IMG/VR virus record: IMGVR_UViG_3300020374_001049
Location: 1 to 51,644 of that record
Length of the DNA stretch: 51,644 bases
From: a virus
Taxonomy: Duplodnaviria; Caudoviricetes
Reading direction: 5' to 3' (one strand)
A program made the translations under genes and the position numbers. The stretch's first letter is position 1. Each line of letters opens with the position of its first letter. Below, piece by piece: positions 29,346-39,494 of the stretch. The notes under the pieces are model-generated. The model made no database searches. It saw only the letters and a program-made list of their open reading frames with translations, and was not told the origin of the DNA.

Positions 29346-30095
29346 ATGACCACTGGTGTAATGCTCTTTAGTTTTAACAATGAGCATACAAGTTATGATA
29401 GATTAACACGTAGATGTATCAAGCACATTAAAAAATATCTACAACTGCCTGTCACAGTAGTTGGAGACAGAGAGTTTGAAGGTGCAAACAATATAATTGT
29501 AAAACCCACTGCAGGAAACAAACGTCAATATCTTGATGCCAAAGGTGTAGTATGGTACAATCTTGAAAGATCCAATGCTTATGATCTATCACCTTATGAC
29601 ACCACAATACTTTTGGATTGTGATTATTTTGTAATGACCGACAAATTAAAAGAACTTGCAAAAGGTTGTGAAAACATCTTGTTGCATGACAAAGTTTTTG
29701 ATATTGCGGAACAAAATAATCTTTGGGATCAACGTGACGCCACATTGCCTTTGGTATGGGCGACTGTTGTAATTTTTAAAAAGAATCCTTTTGTAAAATC
29801 TGTGTTTGATTTAGTTAAGCATATCAAAAAAAATTATATGCACTACAAATATCTTTACAGATTAAAATTTGCCACTTTTAGAAATGATTATGCTTTTGCA
29901 ATTGCACTGCATCAGTTGTACGGTCCAAACAATAAAGCATACCGTATTCCACATCCAATGATGATGATGGGTTATGGTGCTGAGGTTTTGAACTTTGACA
30001 TGAACAGTTTAACATACAAATGGAAAAACAACTATGCAACTCTTTATCAACAAGACGTGCATGTTTTTAACAAGGAGTTTATCAATGAATCGTGA
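29346..30095 (+). CDS. GT-A fold glycosyltransferase-like protein (DxD = DCD)
   Basis: GVMLFSFN..Y...YDLSPYDTTILLDCDY...RNDYAFAIAL..HVFNK is a GT8/nucleotide-diphospho-sugar transferase-like layout. Confidence 0.7.
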   Translation: MTTGVMLFSFNNEHTSYDRLTRRCIKHIKKYLQLPVTVVGDREFEGANNIIVKPTAGNKRQYLDAKGVVWYNLERSNAYDLSPYDTTILLDCDYFVMTDKLKELAKGCENILLHDKVFDIAEQNNLWDQRDATLPLVWATVVIFKKNPFVKSVFDLVKHIKKNYMHYKYLYRLKFATFRNDYAFAIALHQLYGPNNKAYRIPHPMMMMGYGAEVLNFDMNSLTYKWKNNYATLYQQDVHVFNKEFINES

Positions 30096-30900
30096 TAGAG
30101 GATTTATATGGATCGCACAGAACAATAGCACAACCGACTATGTGGAACTGAGTATAGCACTTGCTAAAAGTATCAAGAGATTGTGTAAGGAAAACAACAT
30201 TGCCATTATTGTAGACAAAGGTACAAAGTTGCCACATGATCTTTTTGACAGAATCATTCCTTTGGAGCAAGACGAAAGCAAAAACATTGAATGGAAGTTA
30301 AACAATGAATACAAAATTTTTGACCTTACTCCATGGACTCACAATATAAAACTTGAAGCAGATATGCTTTTTACACACAGCACTGATTGGTGGTGGAATC
30401 AATTGCAACAATATAACATGGTGTTTTCATATCATTGCAGAGATTACAAAGACAATGTTGTAAAACAAAGTCCATACAGAAAGATATTTGCAAAAAATTA
30501 TTTGCCTGATGTGTACAGTGGATTAACATATTTTAGACGGAGTCAATTTGCAAAAAGTCATTTTATTTTGTGCAAGGCAATTATACAAAATTGGAAATAT
30601 GTCAAAGAAAACATCTTGATTGACTGTCATGATGAAAATCCTACAACAGACGTAGTATATGCACTAGCAAACAAAATAATGGATCCATTAGAACTAGACG
30701 CAGTTAAACTAGAATGGTTTAATTTTGTGCATAACAAATGCCTGTTAAACATTAACACTGCAAGATACACTGATGAGAGCAATTACCTATATCCACAAAT
30801 ACTTGATAACAATGTTTATCTCGGAGGATACAGGACTGACAGGATATGGCACTATCACAAAAAAGATTTACCAAAGGAGATCAATGAGCGAATTCTTTAA
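30085..30900 (+). CDS. GT-A fold glycosyltransferase-like protein, paralog of 29346 (DxD position = EAD)
   Basis: RGFIWIAQN..DYVELSIALAKSIK...FDLTPWTHNIKLEADM...TTDVVYALA..WHYHKK. The start is set to the ATG at 30085 (SD AAGGAG at 30072). Confidence 0.7.
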   Translation: MNRDRGFIWIAQNNSTTDYVELSIALAKSIKRLCKENNIAIIVDKGTKLPHDLFDRIIPLEQDESKNIEWKLNNEYKIFDLTPWTHNIKLEADMLFTHSTDWWWNQLQQYNMVFSYHCRDYKDNVVKQSPYRKIFAKNYLPDVYSGLTYFRRSQFAKSHFILCKAIIQNWKYVKENILIDCHDENPTTDVVYALANKIMDPLELDAVKLEWFNFVHNKCLLNINTARYTDESNYLYPQILDNNVYLGGYRTDRIWHYHKKDLPKEINERIL

Positions 30901-31228
30901 GGCGTTTGACAATTATAAATTTAATGAGCCAAAAAAATATTATATTAATGTTTTAGATGAAGATATCACTGCTGTTGGTGATGTTAAACAAAATGATAGT
31001 ATAGAAATTGATATTCCAACATATAAAAAATTAAAAGATCAAGATCTCTCAAATTTCAAATACATAGAAGGCAAAATAGTTGCAGTGTTAAAAAAGCAAA
31101 CAATTTTATGGAAGGAAGTAAGAAAATCTAAAGACGGAAAAGGATTTAATCTCGTGGACAGCAATCCATACTGGATTAAACCTAACACCAATAAAAAAGA
31201 AAAAATATACACATGGACAACAAAGTAA
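30884..31228 (+). CDS. Hypothetical protein within the GT cluster
   Basis: SD AAGGAG at 30874 and ATG at 30884 (MSEFFKAF...). It overlaps its neighbours as in an operon. Confidence 0.6.
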   Translation: MSEFFKAFDNYKFNEPKKYYINVLDEDITAVGDVKQNDSIEIDIPTYKKLKDQDLSNFKYIEGKIVAVLKKQTILWKEVRKSKDGKGFNLVDSNPYWIKPNTNKKEKIYTWTTK

Positions 31229-32103
31229 AAATATTAGATCTAGATTTTGTTTTCATCAGTTACAAAGAACCAAACTGTGAGGAGAATTATGCTGACCTGT
31301 TGAACAAAGTGCCATGGGCAAAACGTGTTCACGGGGTAAAAGGGTTTGACAATGCACACAAAGCCGCCGCTGAGACTGCCAGTACAGATTTTTTTATTAG
31401 TGTGGATGGTGATAACATCATAGACGAGTCATTCCTTTTGCAGACACTAGATTGGAGCAAAACAAATCCCAAACACGTGCATAGGTGGAGAGGCAAAAAT
31501 ATTATAAACGGTCTAATTTATGGCAATGGTGGATTGGTTGGTTGGAACAGAAAAACCTGTTTACAAATGAAAACACATGAAAACGCACAGGACAAAAGAG
31601 CCAAAATTGATTTTTGTTGGACAGTGCCACATGCAAATTTACACAACTGTTACAGCACAAGTGTGATGAACTCAACTCCTGAGCAGGCTTTTGTGGCCGG
31701 TTACAGAGAAGGCGTAAAGATGAGTATTGATCAAGGCAAACCCATAGAGCCTGCAATGTTCAAAGAAAGAATACACTATTCAAACATAATGAATCTCAGC
31801 ACATGGATGAGTGTGGGTGCTGACGTTGAAAACGGAAAGTATGCGATGTTAGGTGCCAGGATTGGTTGTTACAATACTGTGCTGGACAAAGTTGATCACG
31901 AACAGGTCAGTGACCTCGAAAAAATTTCTGAATACTTTTCTATAGACAGTAACATAGATGATGAAATTAAAATGTATGGAGAAAGTATCAGACAGAGATT
32001 GGATATTCCTGTTGTTGAACTTGATGCCAGACAAAGTAGGTTTGTGAAGTTCAGTAAACCTGCGTGGGTGAACAGAGGAGTACAAGATCTTGAAACAAAG
32101 TGA
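31213..32103 (+). CDS. GT2-like glycosyltransferase (DGD motif)
   Basis: DFVFISYKEP...HGVKG..AHKAAA...FFISVDGDN...YGNGGL...AF.AGYREGVKM. Confidence 0.7.
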   Translation: MDNKVKILDLDFVFISYKEPNCEENYADLLNKVPWAKRVHGVKGFDNAHKAAAETASTDFFISVDGDNIIDESFLLQTLDWSKTNPKHVHRWRGKNIINGLIYGNGGLVGWNRKTCLQMKTHENAQDKRAKIDFCWTVPHANLHNCYSTSVMNSTPEQAFVAGYREGVKMSIDQGKPIEPAMFKERIHYSNIMNLSTWMSVGADVENGKYAMLGARIGCYNTVLDKVDHEQVSDLEKISEYFSIDSNIDDEIKMYGESIRQRLDIPVVELDARQSRFVKFSKPAWVNRGVQDLETK

Positions 32104-33478
32104 TTATCAAAAAGATGCTAACACCGCCAAAGAAAAACTAGACAGTGTTTCTCCTAGTTTCTGTTTGGCCAAATGGAATCAAGTATCACTACATCTACCC
32201 ACAGGCATGACTAACAGTTGTTATCATCCACCATTGCACAGAATTGATCCCAAAGCAGTGGCAAGTAATCCTGCAAGACTACACAACACCGACGAAAAAA
32301 TAGAACAGAGAAAACAGATGTTGGCCGGCAAAAGGCCTCCGGGTTGTAGTTATTGTTGGAAAATTGAAGATGCTGGCGGTATTTCAGACAGAGTGTATCG
32401 TTCAGGTGAACCATGGGCCATACAGGACTTTGACAACATTGTGGCCAATCCCACAGATACCAACTGGACACCGAGATATGTGGAAGTAAATTTTAATCAC
32501 GGCTGTAATTTTAAATGTAGTTACTGTTCGCCACAGTTTTCAACCACCTGGGGCAAAGAAATAGACACATATGGACAGTATCCTACATCACCGGCTCACA
32601 ATGCTCCAGAACACTTTCAAGGTGCACGTAAACCTATTCCACACAGAGAAACAAATCCTTATGTGACTGCGTTTTGGAAATGGTGGCCCACATTGTACAA
32701 AAATCTCAAACACTTTAGAATGACAGGCGGTGAACCCATGATGGATCACAACACCTACAAAGTGTTACAATATGTAATAGACAATCCCAAAAAAGATCTA
32801 CATCTAAATGTAACCAGTAACATGTGTCCACCTGATGCCAAATTAAAAAACAAATACTTTGATATGGTCAAAAGAATATGCTTAGATGAGCATGTTGAAC
32901 ATTTCATGCAGTTTGTAAGTGTAGATGCTTTTGGCCCGCAGGCAGAATACATAAGATATGGACTCAACTGGAACTATTTTACAGACACAGTGGAAGAGTT
33001 TCTTGAGCGTATTCCTGTGCGAAACAGTGTGACATTTATTATCACATACAATAACCTTAGTGTTACAAGTTTGGACAAACTTTTAGAATATATTAGACAG
33101 TTAAGACAGCGTTTCAGCACCACATATCAAAGAGTCTGGTTCGATATACCACTGCTAAGACAACCTGCATGGCAACAGATTACTTTGCTACCGGAAAGTT
33201 ATCAGATGATTCATGAAGACAACATAGACATGATGAAGAAATTTCAGGAAGGAGAGTTCAAAGATCCAGAATGGTCATCTTACGCTGTATATAAGGACTT
33301 CGAAATTCAAAAAATGCAACGTAATTTAGATTACTGGCGCAATAATTTAGACGCTAACGCACAGCACAAAAAGAACTTTTACGCATTTTTTAACGAACAC
33401 GATCGCAGACGCGGAACAAGTTTTGAAAAAACTTTTCCTGAAATGGAAGAATTTTGGCAGGAGTGTAAAACAATTTAA
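32090..33478 (+). CDS. N-terminal Twitch-domain radical SAM protein 1
   Basis: CNFKCSYC, GGEP, and N-terminal C-x2-KW...SCYHP...CSYC. TTG start with SD GAGGAG at 32075. Confidence 0.9.
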   Translation: MKQSDYQKDANTAKEKLDSVSPSFCLAKWNQVSLHLPTGMTNSCYHPPLHRIDPKAVASNPARLHNTDEKIEQRKQMLAGKRPPGCSYCWKIEDAGGISDRVYRSGEPWAIQDFDNIVANPTDTNWTPRYVEVNFNHGCNFKCSYCSPQFSTTWGKEIDTYGQYPTSPAHNAPEHFQGARKPIPHRETNPYVTAFWKWWPTLYKNLKHFRMTGGEPMMDHNTYKVLQYVIDNPKKDLHLNVTSNMCPPDAKLKNKYFDMVKRICLDEHVEHFMQFVSVDAFGPQAEYIRYGLNWNYFTDTVEEFLERIPVRNSVTFIITYNNLSVTSLDKLLEYIRQLRQRFSTTYQRVWFDIPLLRQPAWQQITLLPESYQMIHEDNIDMMKKFQEGEFKDPEWSSYAVYKDFEIQKMQRNLDYWRNNLDANAQHKKNFYAFFNEHDRRRGTSFEKTFPEMEEFWQECKTI

Positions 33479-33481
33479 ATA
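33476..33481 (+). promoter_or_regulatory. Late promoter-like TAAATA within the radical SAM array
   Basis: TTAAATA overlapping the stop of rSAM1, 4 nt before the ATG at 33486. The AT-rich context lowers certainty. Confidence 0.35.
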
Positions 33482-33485
33482 TTAA

Positions 33486-34829
33486 ATGAAAGATCTAGAT
33501 TTCAAACAGCAAGTTTTAAACAAAATATCACCAAGTTTCTGTGGTGCAAAATGGTATAATGCTACAATATGGTTAGGGTCAGGAATGACAACCAGTTGTC
33601 ACCATCCACCTGCACACAAAGTTGATATCAACAAAGTTCAACAAAATCCAAAACTGTTGCATAATACTCCGCAGAAAAAACAAGATAGAGCAAAAATGAT
33701 TGCTGGCGAACGTCCAAAAGGCTGTGAATACTGTTGGAAGATTGAAGACATGGGCAGAGATGCCATAAGCGACAGGGTATACAAAAGCAAATTGTATCAA
33801 CAGCAGGACCTAGTTCAAGCAAGTAAAACTGCTATAACTGAAGACGTCAACTTAAAAACTTTAGAAATTGCTTTTGATAGAACTTGTAACTTTGCTTGTA
33901 CATATTGTAATCCTGCTTTCAGTAGCACTTGGGTAAGAGATATAAAACAAAAAGGACCTTACAAAAATCTTGTATCAGATGGTAGAAATCATTTTACACA
34001 TCAACACAAAGGTGCCCAACTTTATAAAGACAAAGAAACAAATCCATATGTTGAAGCATTTTTTAAATGGTGGGAAACTGATCTCCACAAGACTTTAGAA
34101 GAACTAAGAATTACGGGTGGAGAACCTATGATGTCACCAAGTTTATGGAGATTGCTGGATTGGTTTGAAACCCAAAAAGGTAAAGTAAATCCAAATTTAC
34201 GTCTTGCAATTAATTCAAATTTAGTGCCAAAAAAAGAATTGTTTAAAAAATTTTTAGACAAAGTCAAACATGTTCCTAATTTACACATTTACACATCAAA
34301 TGAATCCACATATGAACAGTCTAATTATATCAGAGACGGCATGGACTACACCACATGGTATACAAATTTTGTAAATTTGCCAGATATTAGACCTGCAGGT
34401 ATCCACAATATGTGTACAATCAATGCTTTATGTTTGGAATCACTTCCAGATTTTTTAGATGAAATGGTTAAGAACAAAAGAGATTTTAAAAGAGTATATG
34501 ATGTAAATTTAAATTTTACTTTAAATATTTTGAGGTTTCCAAGTTTTCAGTCTCCTTTAGTTCTGCCAGACAATTTAAGAACAAAGTTCAAACAAAATTT
34601 ACAAATATGGTTGGATAAAAATATAGGCGATTTAGAACCAATGGAGGTGGCACACACATCAAGACTAGTAGATTACCTTGATATTGTAAAGACACCCCAC
34701 AGTGAAGCATTTGATTTACCAAAATTGAGGTCTGATTTCAAAAACTTTTATAAACAATACGACGAGCGAAGAAATAAAAATTTTACTAAAACTTTCCCAA
34801 TAATAGGAGATTGGTACAATGGCTTATGA
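33486..34829 (+). CDS. N-terminal Twitch-domain radical SAM protein 2
   Basis: CNFACTYC, GGEP, and N-terminal CGAKW...SCHHP...CEYC. Confidence 0.9.
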   Translation: MKDLDFKQQVLNKISPSFCGAKWYNATIWLGSGMTTSCHHPPAHKVDINKVQQNPKLLHNTPQKKQDRAKMIAGERPKGCEYCWKIEDMGRDAISDRVYKSKLYQQQDLVQASKTAITEDVNLKTLEIAFDRTCNFACTYCNPAFSSTWVRDIKQKGPYKNLVSDGRNHFTHQHKGAQLYKDKETNPYVEAFFKWWETDLHKTLEELRITGGEPMMSPSLWRLLDWFETQKGKVNPNLRLAINSNLVPKKELFKKFLDKVKHVPNLHIYTSNESTYEQSNYIRDGMDYTTWYTNFVNLPDIRPAGIHNMCTINALCLESLPDFLDEMVKNKRDFKRVYDVNLNFTLNILRFPSFQSPLVLPDNLRTKFKQNLQIWLDKNIGDLEPMEVAHTSRLVDYLDIVKTPHSEAFDLPKLRSDFKNFYKQYDERRNKNFTKTFPIIGDWYNGL

Positions 34830-36108
34830 GTACGGTGCTAAAGAACCAGAAAAATTAAAGATAAAAGACATGACCCCTAGGCAGAAAGAACTGCTGTTGG
34901 AAAGTGATTCATTTTGTATGGCTCCATGGCTACACTTACATGCTTTTCCGGACGGTAGAGCATATCCTTGTTGCTTTGGCTTGGACAACTATCCAGTAGG
35001 CGATCTTAATAAAGATTCAATGGAAACTGTGTTTAACGGCAAGGAGTTAAAACAGATGCGTCTTAACATGCTGAATAACAAAAAAAGCAAACAGTGTGCA
35101 AAATGTTATGACCAAGAAAAGTCAGGATTTTTTAGTCTACGTTTAAGTTCAAACAAACATTTTGGACATAACGTAGGATTGGTTGATAGCACACAAGCCG
35201 ATGGCAGTGCTGACTTCATTATAAAATATTGGGACATACGTTTTTCAAATCTTTGCAACATGGCTTGTAGAAGTTGCGGATCTTGGTTCAGTTCCAATTG
35301 GTATGAAGATACTAAAAAGATTCATGGCAAAGATCCTGGGCATCCAAAAATTATGAGAGTAGGTAGAACATCTGACGACATATGGGAACAGATGTTAAAA
35401 CAGTTTGATCATGTAGAACAGTTTTACTTTGCAGGTGGTGAACCACTTATAATGGAAGAACATTACAGAATATTAAAAGAATTAGAAAAACGAAAAATGT
35501 TTCATGTGCGTTTAATTTACAACACAAACTTTAGCAAATTAAAATTTAAAGATATGGATGTACTAGAATTATGGAATAAATTTGACAGTGTTAGTGTTGG
35601 GGCAAGTTTAGATGCAGAAGGTGTTCGTGCAGAATTAATGCGTAAAGGAACTAAATGGGAAGAAACTTTAGCCAACAGAAAAAAGATGTTAGAAGTTGCA
35701 CCAAAAGTTGATTTTTATATTAGTGCCACAGTTGGACTTGTCAATGCTTTGCATGTTGTAGACTTTCATAAAAACTGGGTAGAACAAGGACTTATTAAAC
35801 CACAAGATTTTAACTTTAATTTATTACAATGGCCTAAATGGCAAAGAATGGATATGTTTCCAAAAGATTGGAAAATAAAAGTTGAAAAAAAATATAGAGC
35901 ACACATAGAATGGTTAAAAAATCGAGATCATTTGACTAGAGCAACAAAAGGTTTTGAAAGTGCAATAAAATGGATGAACAGTAAAGATACAAGTTTCAAT
36001 TTGCCTATGTTTTTTGACATGACTAAAAAATATGACAAAGTAAGAAATGAAAAATTAGTAGAAGTGTTTCCTGAACTTAAGGAGTTATTTGACAAACATG
36101 ACAAATAG
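34819..36108 (+). CDS. N-terminal Twitch-domain radical SAM protein 3
   Basis: CNMACRSC, GGEP, and N-terminal CMAPW...DGRAYPCC...CAKC. Confidence 0.9.
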   Translation: MAYEYGAKEPEKLKIKDMTPRQKELLLESDSFCMAPWLHLHAFPDGRAYPCCFGLDNYPVGDLNKDSMETVFNGKELKQMRLNMLNNKKSKQCAKCYDQEKSGFFSLRLSSNKHFGHNVGLVDSTQADGSADFIIKYWDIRFSNLCNMACRSCGSWFSSNWYEDTKKIHGKDPGHPKIMRVGRTSDDIWEQMLKQFDHVEQFYFAGGEPLIMEEHYRILKELEKRKMFHVRLIYNTNFSKLKFKDMDVLELWNKFDSVSVGASLDAEGVRAELMRKGTKWEETLANRKKMLEVAPKVDFYISATVGLVNALHVVDFHKNWVEQGLIKPQDFNFNLLQWPKWQRMDMFPKDWKIKVEKKYRAHIEWLKNRDHLTRATKGFESAIKWMNSKDTSFNLPMFFDMTKKYDKVRNEKLVEVFPELKELFDKHDK

Positions 36109-37447
36109 ATTTCCAACAGCAGAAGAAAGATGGCCAAGACAAGGTACTGTGGCTAATATAAAAAAAGAAAGAATATTACCCAAAGACGGAAACAAAACAT
36201 TTTGTATGGCACCCTGGACTCACACTTATCTAAGTCCACAGACCGAAAGGCGTTTGTGTTGTGCTTCTCGAGAACCAGCACAAAGTTTTAAGCAATATAT
36301 TGACACTGGCAACGATGCCAAAGAATATAAACCTTTAACACTAGAAGAACACTGGAATAGCGATCACATGAAGTCAGTAAGGACAAGAATGATGGCTGGA
36401 GAAACATTAAAGGAATGTGAAGTATGTAACGATAAACTGCTTAACGTAGATGTGTACAGGTCATATTTTAATAGATTGTTTAGGCACAAAATTGATGAGG
36501 CATATGCTTCAACAGATGACACAGGACACACTACAATGAAAACAATAAGTTTTGATTATAGGTTCAATAACCTTTGCAATTTTAAATGTAGAATGTGCGG
36601 AGACATGTTAAGTTCAAGTTGGGAAGCAGAAACAAGAAAACATAAAAAATGGAAAACAGATACCTCACCTTGGATGGCATCACCGTTAAGAGAACAAATC
36701 AAAAGATTTCAAGACAAGCAAGTTGTTCAAGAATTTGTAGATGCTATTGAAACCAAACAGATTCGGGAAATTTATTGGTGTGGAGGAGAACCATTAATGT
36801 GGGAAATGCATTGGAAAGCAATGGAAAGAATTATTGAACTAGGATTTGCAGATGAAGTTTATGTGAGATATAACAGTAATCTTAGTAGAACATCTTTTGG
36901 AAAATCTAATCTCTTCAGTCTTTTAGGATATTTTAACGATTATCAAATATGTGCCAGTATTGACGGCACAGGAGAAACTGGAGAATACATTAGAGATGGT
37001 TTAAATTATGAACAATGGCTGAGAAACTTTAAAGAAGGATTAAGTGTAGCAACCAACCCCAGACAGATGCGTTTAGACTTTACAATTACATTGCTAGGTT
37101 TGTTAGAACTAAAAAATATGTTTGATCTAAGTCAACAATTAAACACAGAAATATTAACAAAGGTCATGTTTACTTTTAGCAACGACGAAATTTTAAGTCC
37201 TTTGTCACTACCAAAAGAACTTTTGCACACAATTATTGACGAAGCACTTGCTTACATGATTCCAAAAGCCACACATAAACAGAGGGCACTGATAGAAGTA
37301 TTAAAAAATTTAAAAAATAGAGAAACTTTTACTCCAACCAAGCAAGGTAAAACAAGACAACTTTGGCTTGACAAAATTAGGAGACAAGATATAACAAAAA
37401 TTTTAAGCAAAGATAAAAGGATGTTAGAGTGGTGGAACGGTATTTAA
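36089..37447 (+). CDS. N-terminal Twitch-domain radical SAM protein 4
   Basis: CNFKCRMC, GGEP, and N-terminal CMAPW...LCC...CEVC. The start could be the ATG at 36098. Confidence 0.9.
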   Translation: MTNMTNRFPTAEERWPRQGTVANIKKERILPKDGNKTFCMAPWTHTYLSPQTERRLCCASREPAQSFKQYIDTGNDAKEYKPLTLEEHWNSDHMKSVRTRMMAGETLKECEVCNDKLLNVDVYRSYFNRLFRHKIDEAYASTDDTGHTTMKTISFDYRFNNLCNFKCRMCGDMLSSSWEAETRKHKKWKTDTSPWMASPLREQIKRFQDKQVVQEFVDAIETKQIREIYWCGGEPLMWEMHWKAMERIIELGFADEVYVRYNSNLSRTSFGKSNLFSLLGYFNDYQICASIDGTGETGEYIRDGLNYEQWLRNFKEGLSVATNPRQMRLDFTITLLGLLELKNMFDLSQQLNTEILTKVMFTFSNDEILSPLSLPKELLHTIIDEALAYMIPKATHKQRALIEVLKNLKNRETFTPTKQGKTRQLWLDKIRRQDITKILSKDKRMLEWWNGI

Positions 37448-38595
37448 AAACAAATGTGTGTCCGTTGCCATGGACACATTTAGAAGTTGACGTAAACGGT
37501 GGAGCATCTCCGTGTTGTTTGTATAAAGGATCGGTTCCTGATGTCAAAGTGTATGATGAAAGTTTAAAAAATATACAAAAGCATCAGTACATGAAAGATT
37601 TGCGACAGCAGTTTAAGGATGGCAAACGTCCGTCTGGTTGTACAAACTGTTGGTCAGAAGAAGATGCAGGCAAAACTTCAAAAAGAATGAACAGCATTTA
37701 CAAAATGAAAAAAAGTTTAGAACAGTGGACCCCTGATAGCGAGCCAACCTTAAAATTTATTGACTTTAAGTTGGGCAATGTGTGTAATTTAAAATGCAGG
37801 ATCTGTGGTAGTTGGAGCAGTTCAAAATGGGCACAAGAAGAACTGGATTATGGTGAAAATCCTATTGCTAGAAAAAATTTAAAAGAAGGCGGTTGGCCAA
37901 AACGTAACCCTCAGTTTTTTGAAGACCTGAAAGAAGATCTTAAAGATGCAGAATACTTTGAATTCACAGGAGGTGAACCTTTTATGATAAAAGATCATTT
38001 CAAAATCCTTATGCACTGTGTTGAAAAAGGTTATGCAAAAAACATTGATATACACTATAACACAAATGGAACACAATTACCTCCACCTGAGATATTTGAT
38101 CTTTGGGCATATTTTAAACACGTAGAAGTGGCATTTAGTATAGATGATGTTGGAGACCAATTCGAATATCAAAGACATCCAGCAAATTGGAGACAGGTAG
38201 GTGCAAATTTAGTAAAATGGAAAGAAAGAAAAACTGCAAACATGGACTTTCAAATCTGTACCACAGTTAGTATTTTTAACATTTTTAGTTTAGCCAAAAT
38301 TGCATTTTGGGTAAAACAGTATCAACCTAAATTTTTTTACGTTAATACACTATTTGATCCTGATTATTTCAATATACAGACACTTCCAAAAAATGTTAAA
38401 AATATAGTTAACAGTCGATATTCAATGCTGACTGACTTTCAACCAACACTGCGTTTTATGAATTCAGCAGACAGAGATACCCCTGAAATGCGAAAACAAA
38501 GACAGGACAGAATACTCACAACTGATGCTTACCGGCATGAAAATTTTGGTGATGTATTTCCATTGCTAAACAAAGTGTTGAGGGTGTATGACTAA
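37429..38595 (+). CDS. N-terminal Twitch-domain radical SAM protein 5
   Basis: CNLKCRIC, GGEP, and N-terminal CPLPW...PCC...CTNC. Confidence 0.9.
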   Translation: MVERYLKTNVCPLPWTHLEVDVNGGASPCCLYKGSVPDVKVYDESLKNIQKHQYMKDLRQQFKDGKRPSGCTNCWSEEDAGKTSKRMNSIYKMKKSLEQWTPDSEPTLKFIDFKLGNVCNLKCRICGSWSSSKWAQEELDYGENPIARKNLKEGGWPKRNPQFFEDLKEDLKDAEYFEFTGGEPFMIKDHFKILMHCVEKGYAKNIDIHYNTNGTQLPPPEIFDLWAYFKHVEVAFSIDDVGDQFEYQRHPANWRQVGANLVKWKERKTANMDFQICTTVSIFNIFSLAKIAFWVKQYQPKFFYVNTLFDPDYFNIQTLPKNVKNIVNSRYSMLTDFQPTLRFMNSADRDTPEMRKQRQDRILTTDAYRHENFGDVFPLLNKVLRVYD

Positions 38596-39388
38596 AAACA
38601 TAGTAGCAGGTGGTTGCAGTTTTACTTACGGTCACGAACTGTCAGATTGTAATCGTGAAAAGTCTCTAGCATCTAAACTGACCTGGAGCAGTATTCTCAC
38701 AAAAGAGACAGGCGCTGACTATCATTGCACAGCAGGAGCAGGCATAGGTAATAGTGCTATTGCAAGAAGAGTATTTGAATTTGTCACAAATTATGATACT
38801 CATGCAGTTATTGTAATGTGGACATTTCCTTCCAGATATGATTGGGCCATGCCAAGGCACAACAATTTGGAAAAAGGCCGCTGGGCGCCAATTACTCCAT
38901 GGGACACTAGTACCGAACAAAACAAAGTTCTTACAACACTAAAAGATAATGATGCTCAAAAACAAATTTGGCTGAAGCGTATGGAAAGACTTAAAGACAC
39001 CGGAGTTGTTGAATTTGCAGACAGTCTGTACAGACATGCGGCCAATCAGTACCATGAAGTTTATCTAAGTTGGCAAAGTATAATTTGGCTACAGAATATT
39101 TTGGAAAAGAAAAATATTCCATATTTTTTTACATTGGCCAGTAACACTTTGTTCTACGATGAATTTACACCGCATTTCCAAACAGACACACTGTTAAGTT
39201 CAATGTATAAAGAAATTAATTTTACCAACTGGTTTTGGTTTGGCGAAAGAATGATGGGTTTTGACCAATGGGCATTGCTAAACAAATACGACAGAGGCAC
39301 CACACATCCACTTGATTCTGCCCACCAAGATGCTGTAAAATTAATGAAAACAAAGTTTTTACAAACAATTAAAAACCAAGGAGAATAA
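38588..39388 (+). CDS. SGNH/GDSL-like hydrolase or acyltransferase
   Basis: Block I-like GCSFTYG, block II-like GAGIGN, VIVMWT, and C-terminal THP...H. Confidence 0.7.
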   Translation: MTKNIVAGGCSFTYGHELSDCNREKSLASKLTWSSILTKETGADYHCTAGAGIGNSAIARRVFEFVTNYDTHAVIVMWTFPSRYDWAMPRHNNLEKGRWAPITPWDTSTEQNKVLTTLKDNDAQKQIWLKRMERLKDTGVVEFADSLYRHAANQYHEVYLSWQSIIWLQNILEKKNIPYFFTLASNTLFYDEFTPHFQTDTLLSSMYKEINFTNWFWFGERMMGFDQWALLNKYDRGTTHPLDSAHQDAVKLMKTKFLQTIKNQGE

Positions 39389-39493
39389 ATGTTCAAATGG
39401 ATAAAGTTTTTGATCAATAAGGTAAAAAAAGAAATAGAATACCGAAAAAGAATCAAAGAACTTAAAAAGAAAGACCCTTTTATATACAAGTAA
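39389..39493 (+). CDS. 34-aa basic peptide MFKWIKFLINKVKKEIEYRKRIKELKKKDPFIYK (not in the ORF track), linked to the carbamoyltransferase
   Basis: SD AAGGAG at 39378. The ATG directly follows the upstream TAA, and the stop is 1 nt before the next ATG. Confidence 0.8.
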   Translation: MFKWIKFLINKVKKEIEYRKRIKELKKKDPFIYK

Positions 39494-39494
39494 A

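Noticed and set aside
32090-39493. RiPP biosynthetic cluster (rSAMs plus a small peptide)
   Set aside because: No RRE/PqqD domain, peptidase or transporter is evident, the neighbours are sugar enzymes, and the peptide looks carbamoyltransferase-associated. Kept only as a minor alternative.
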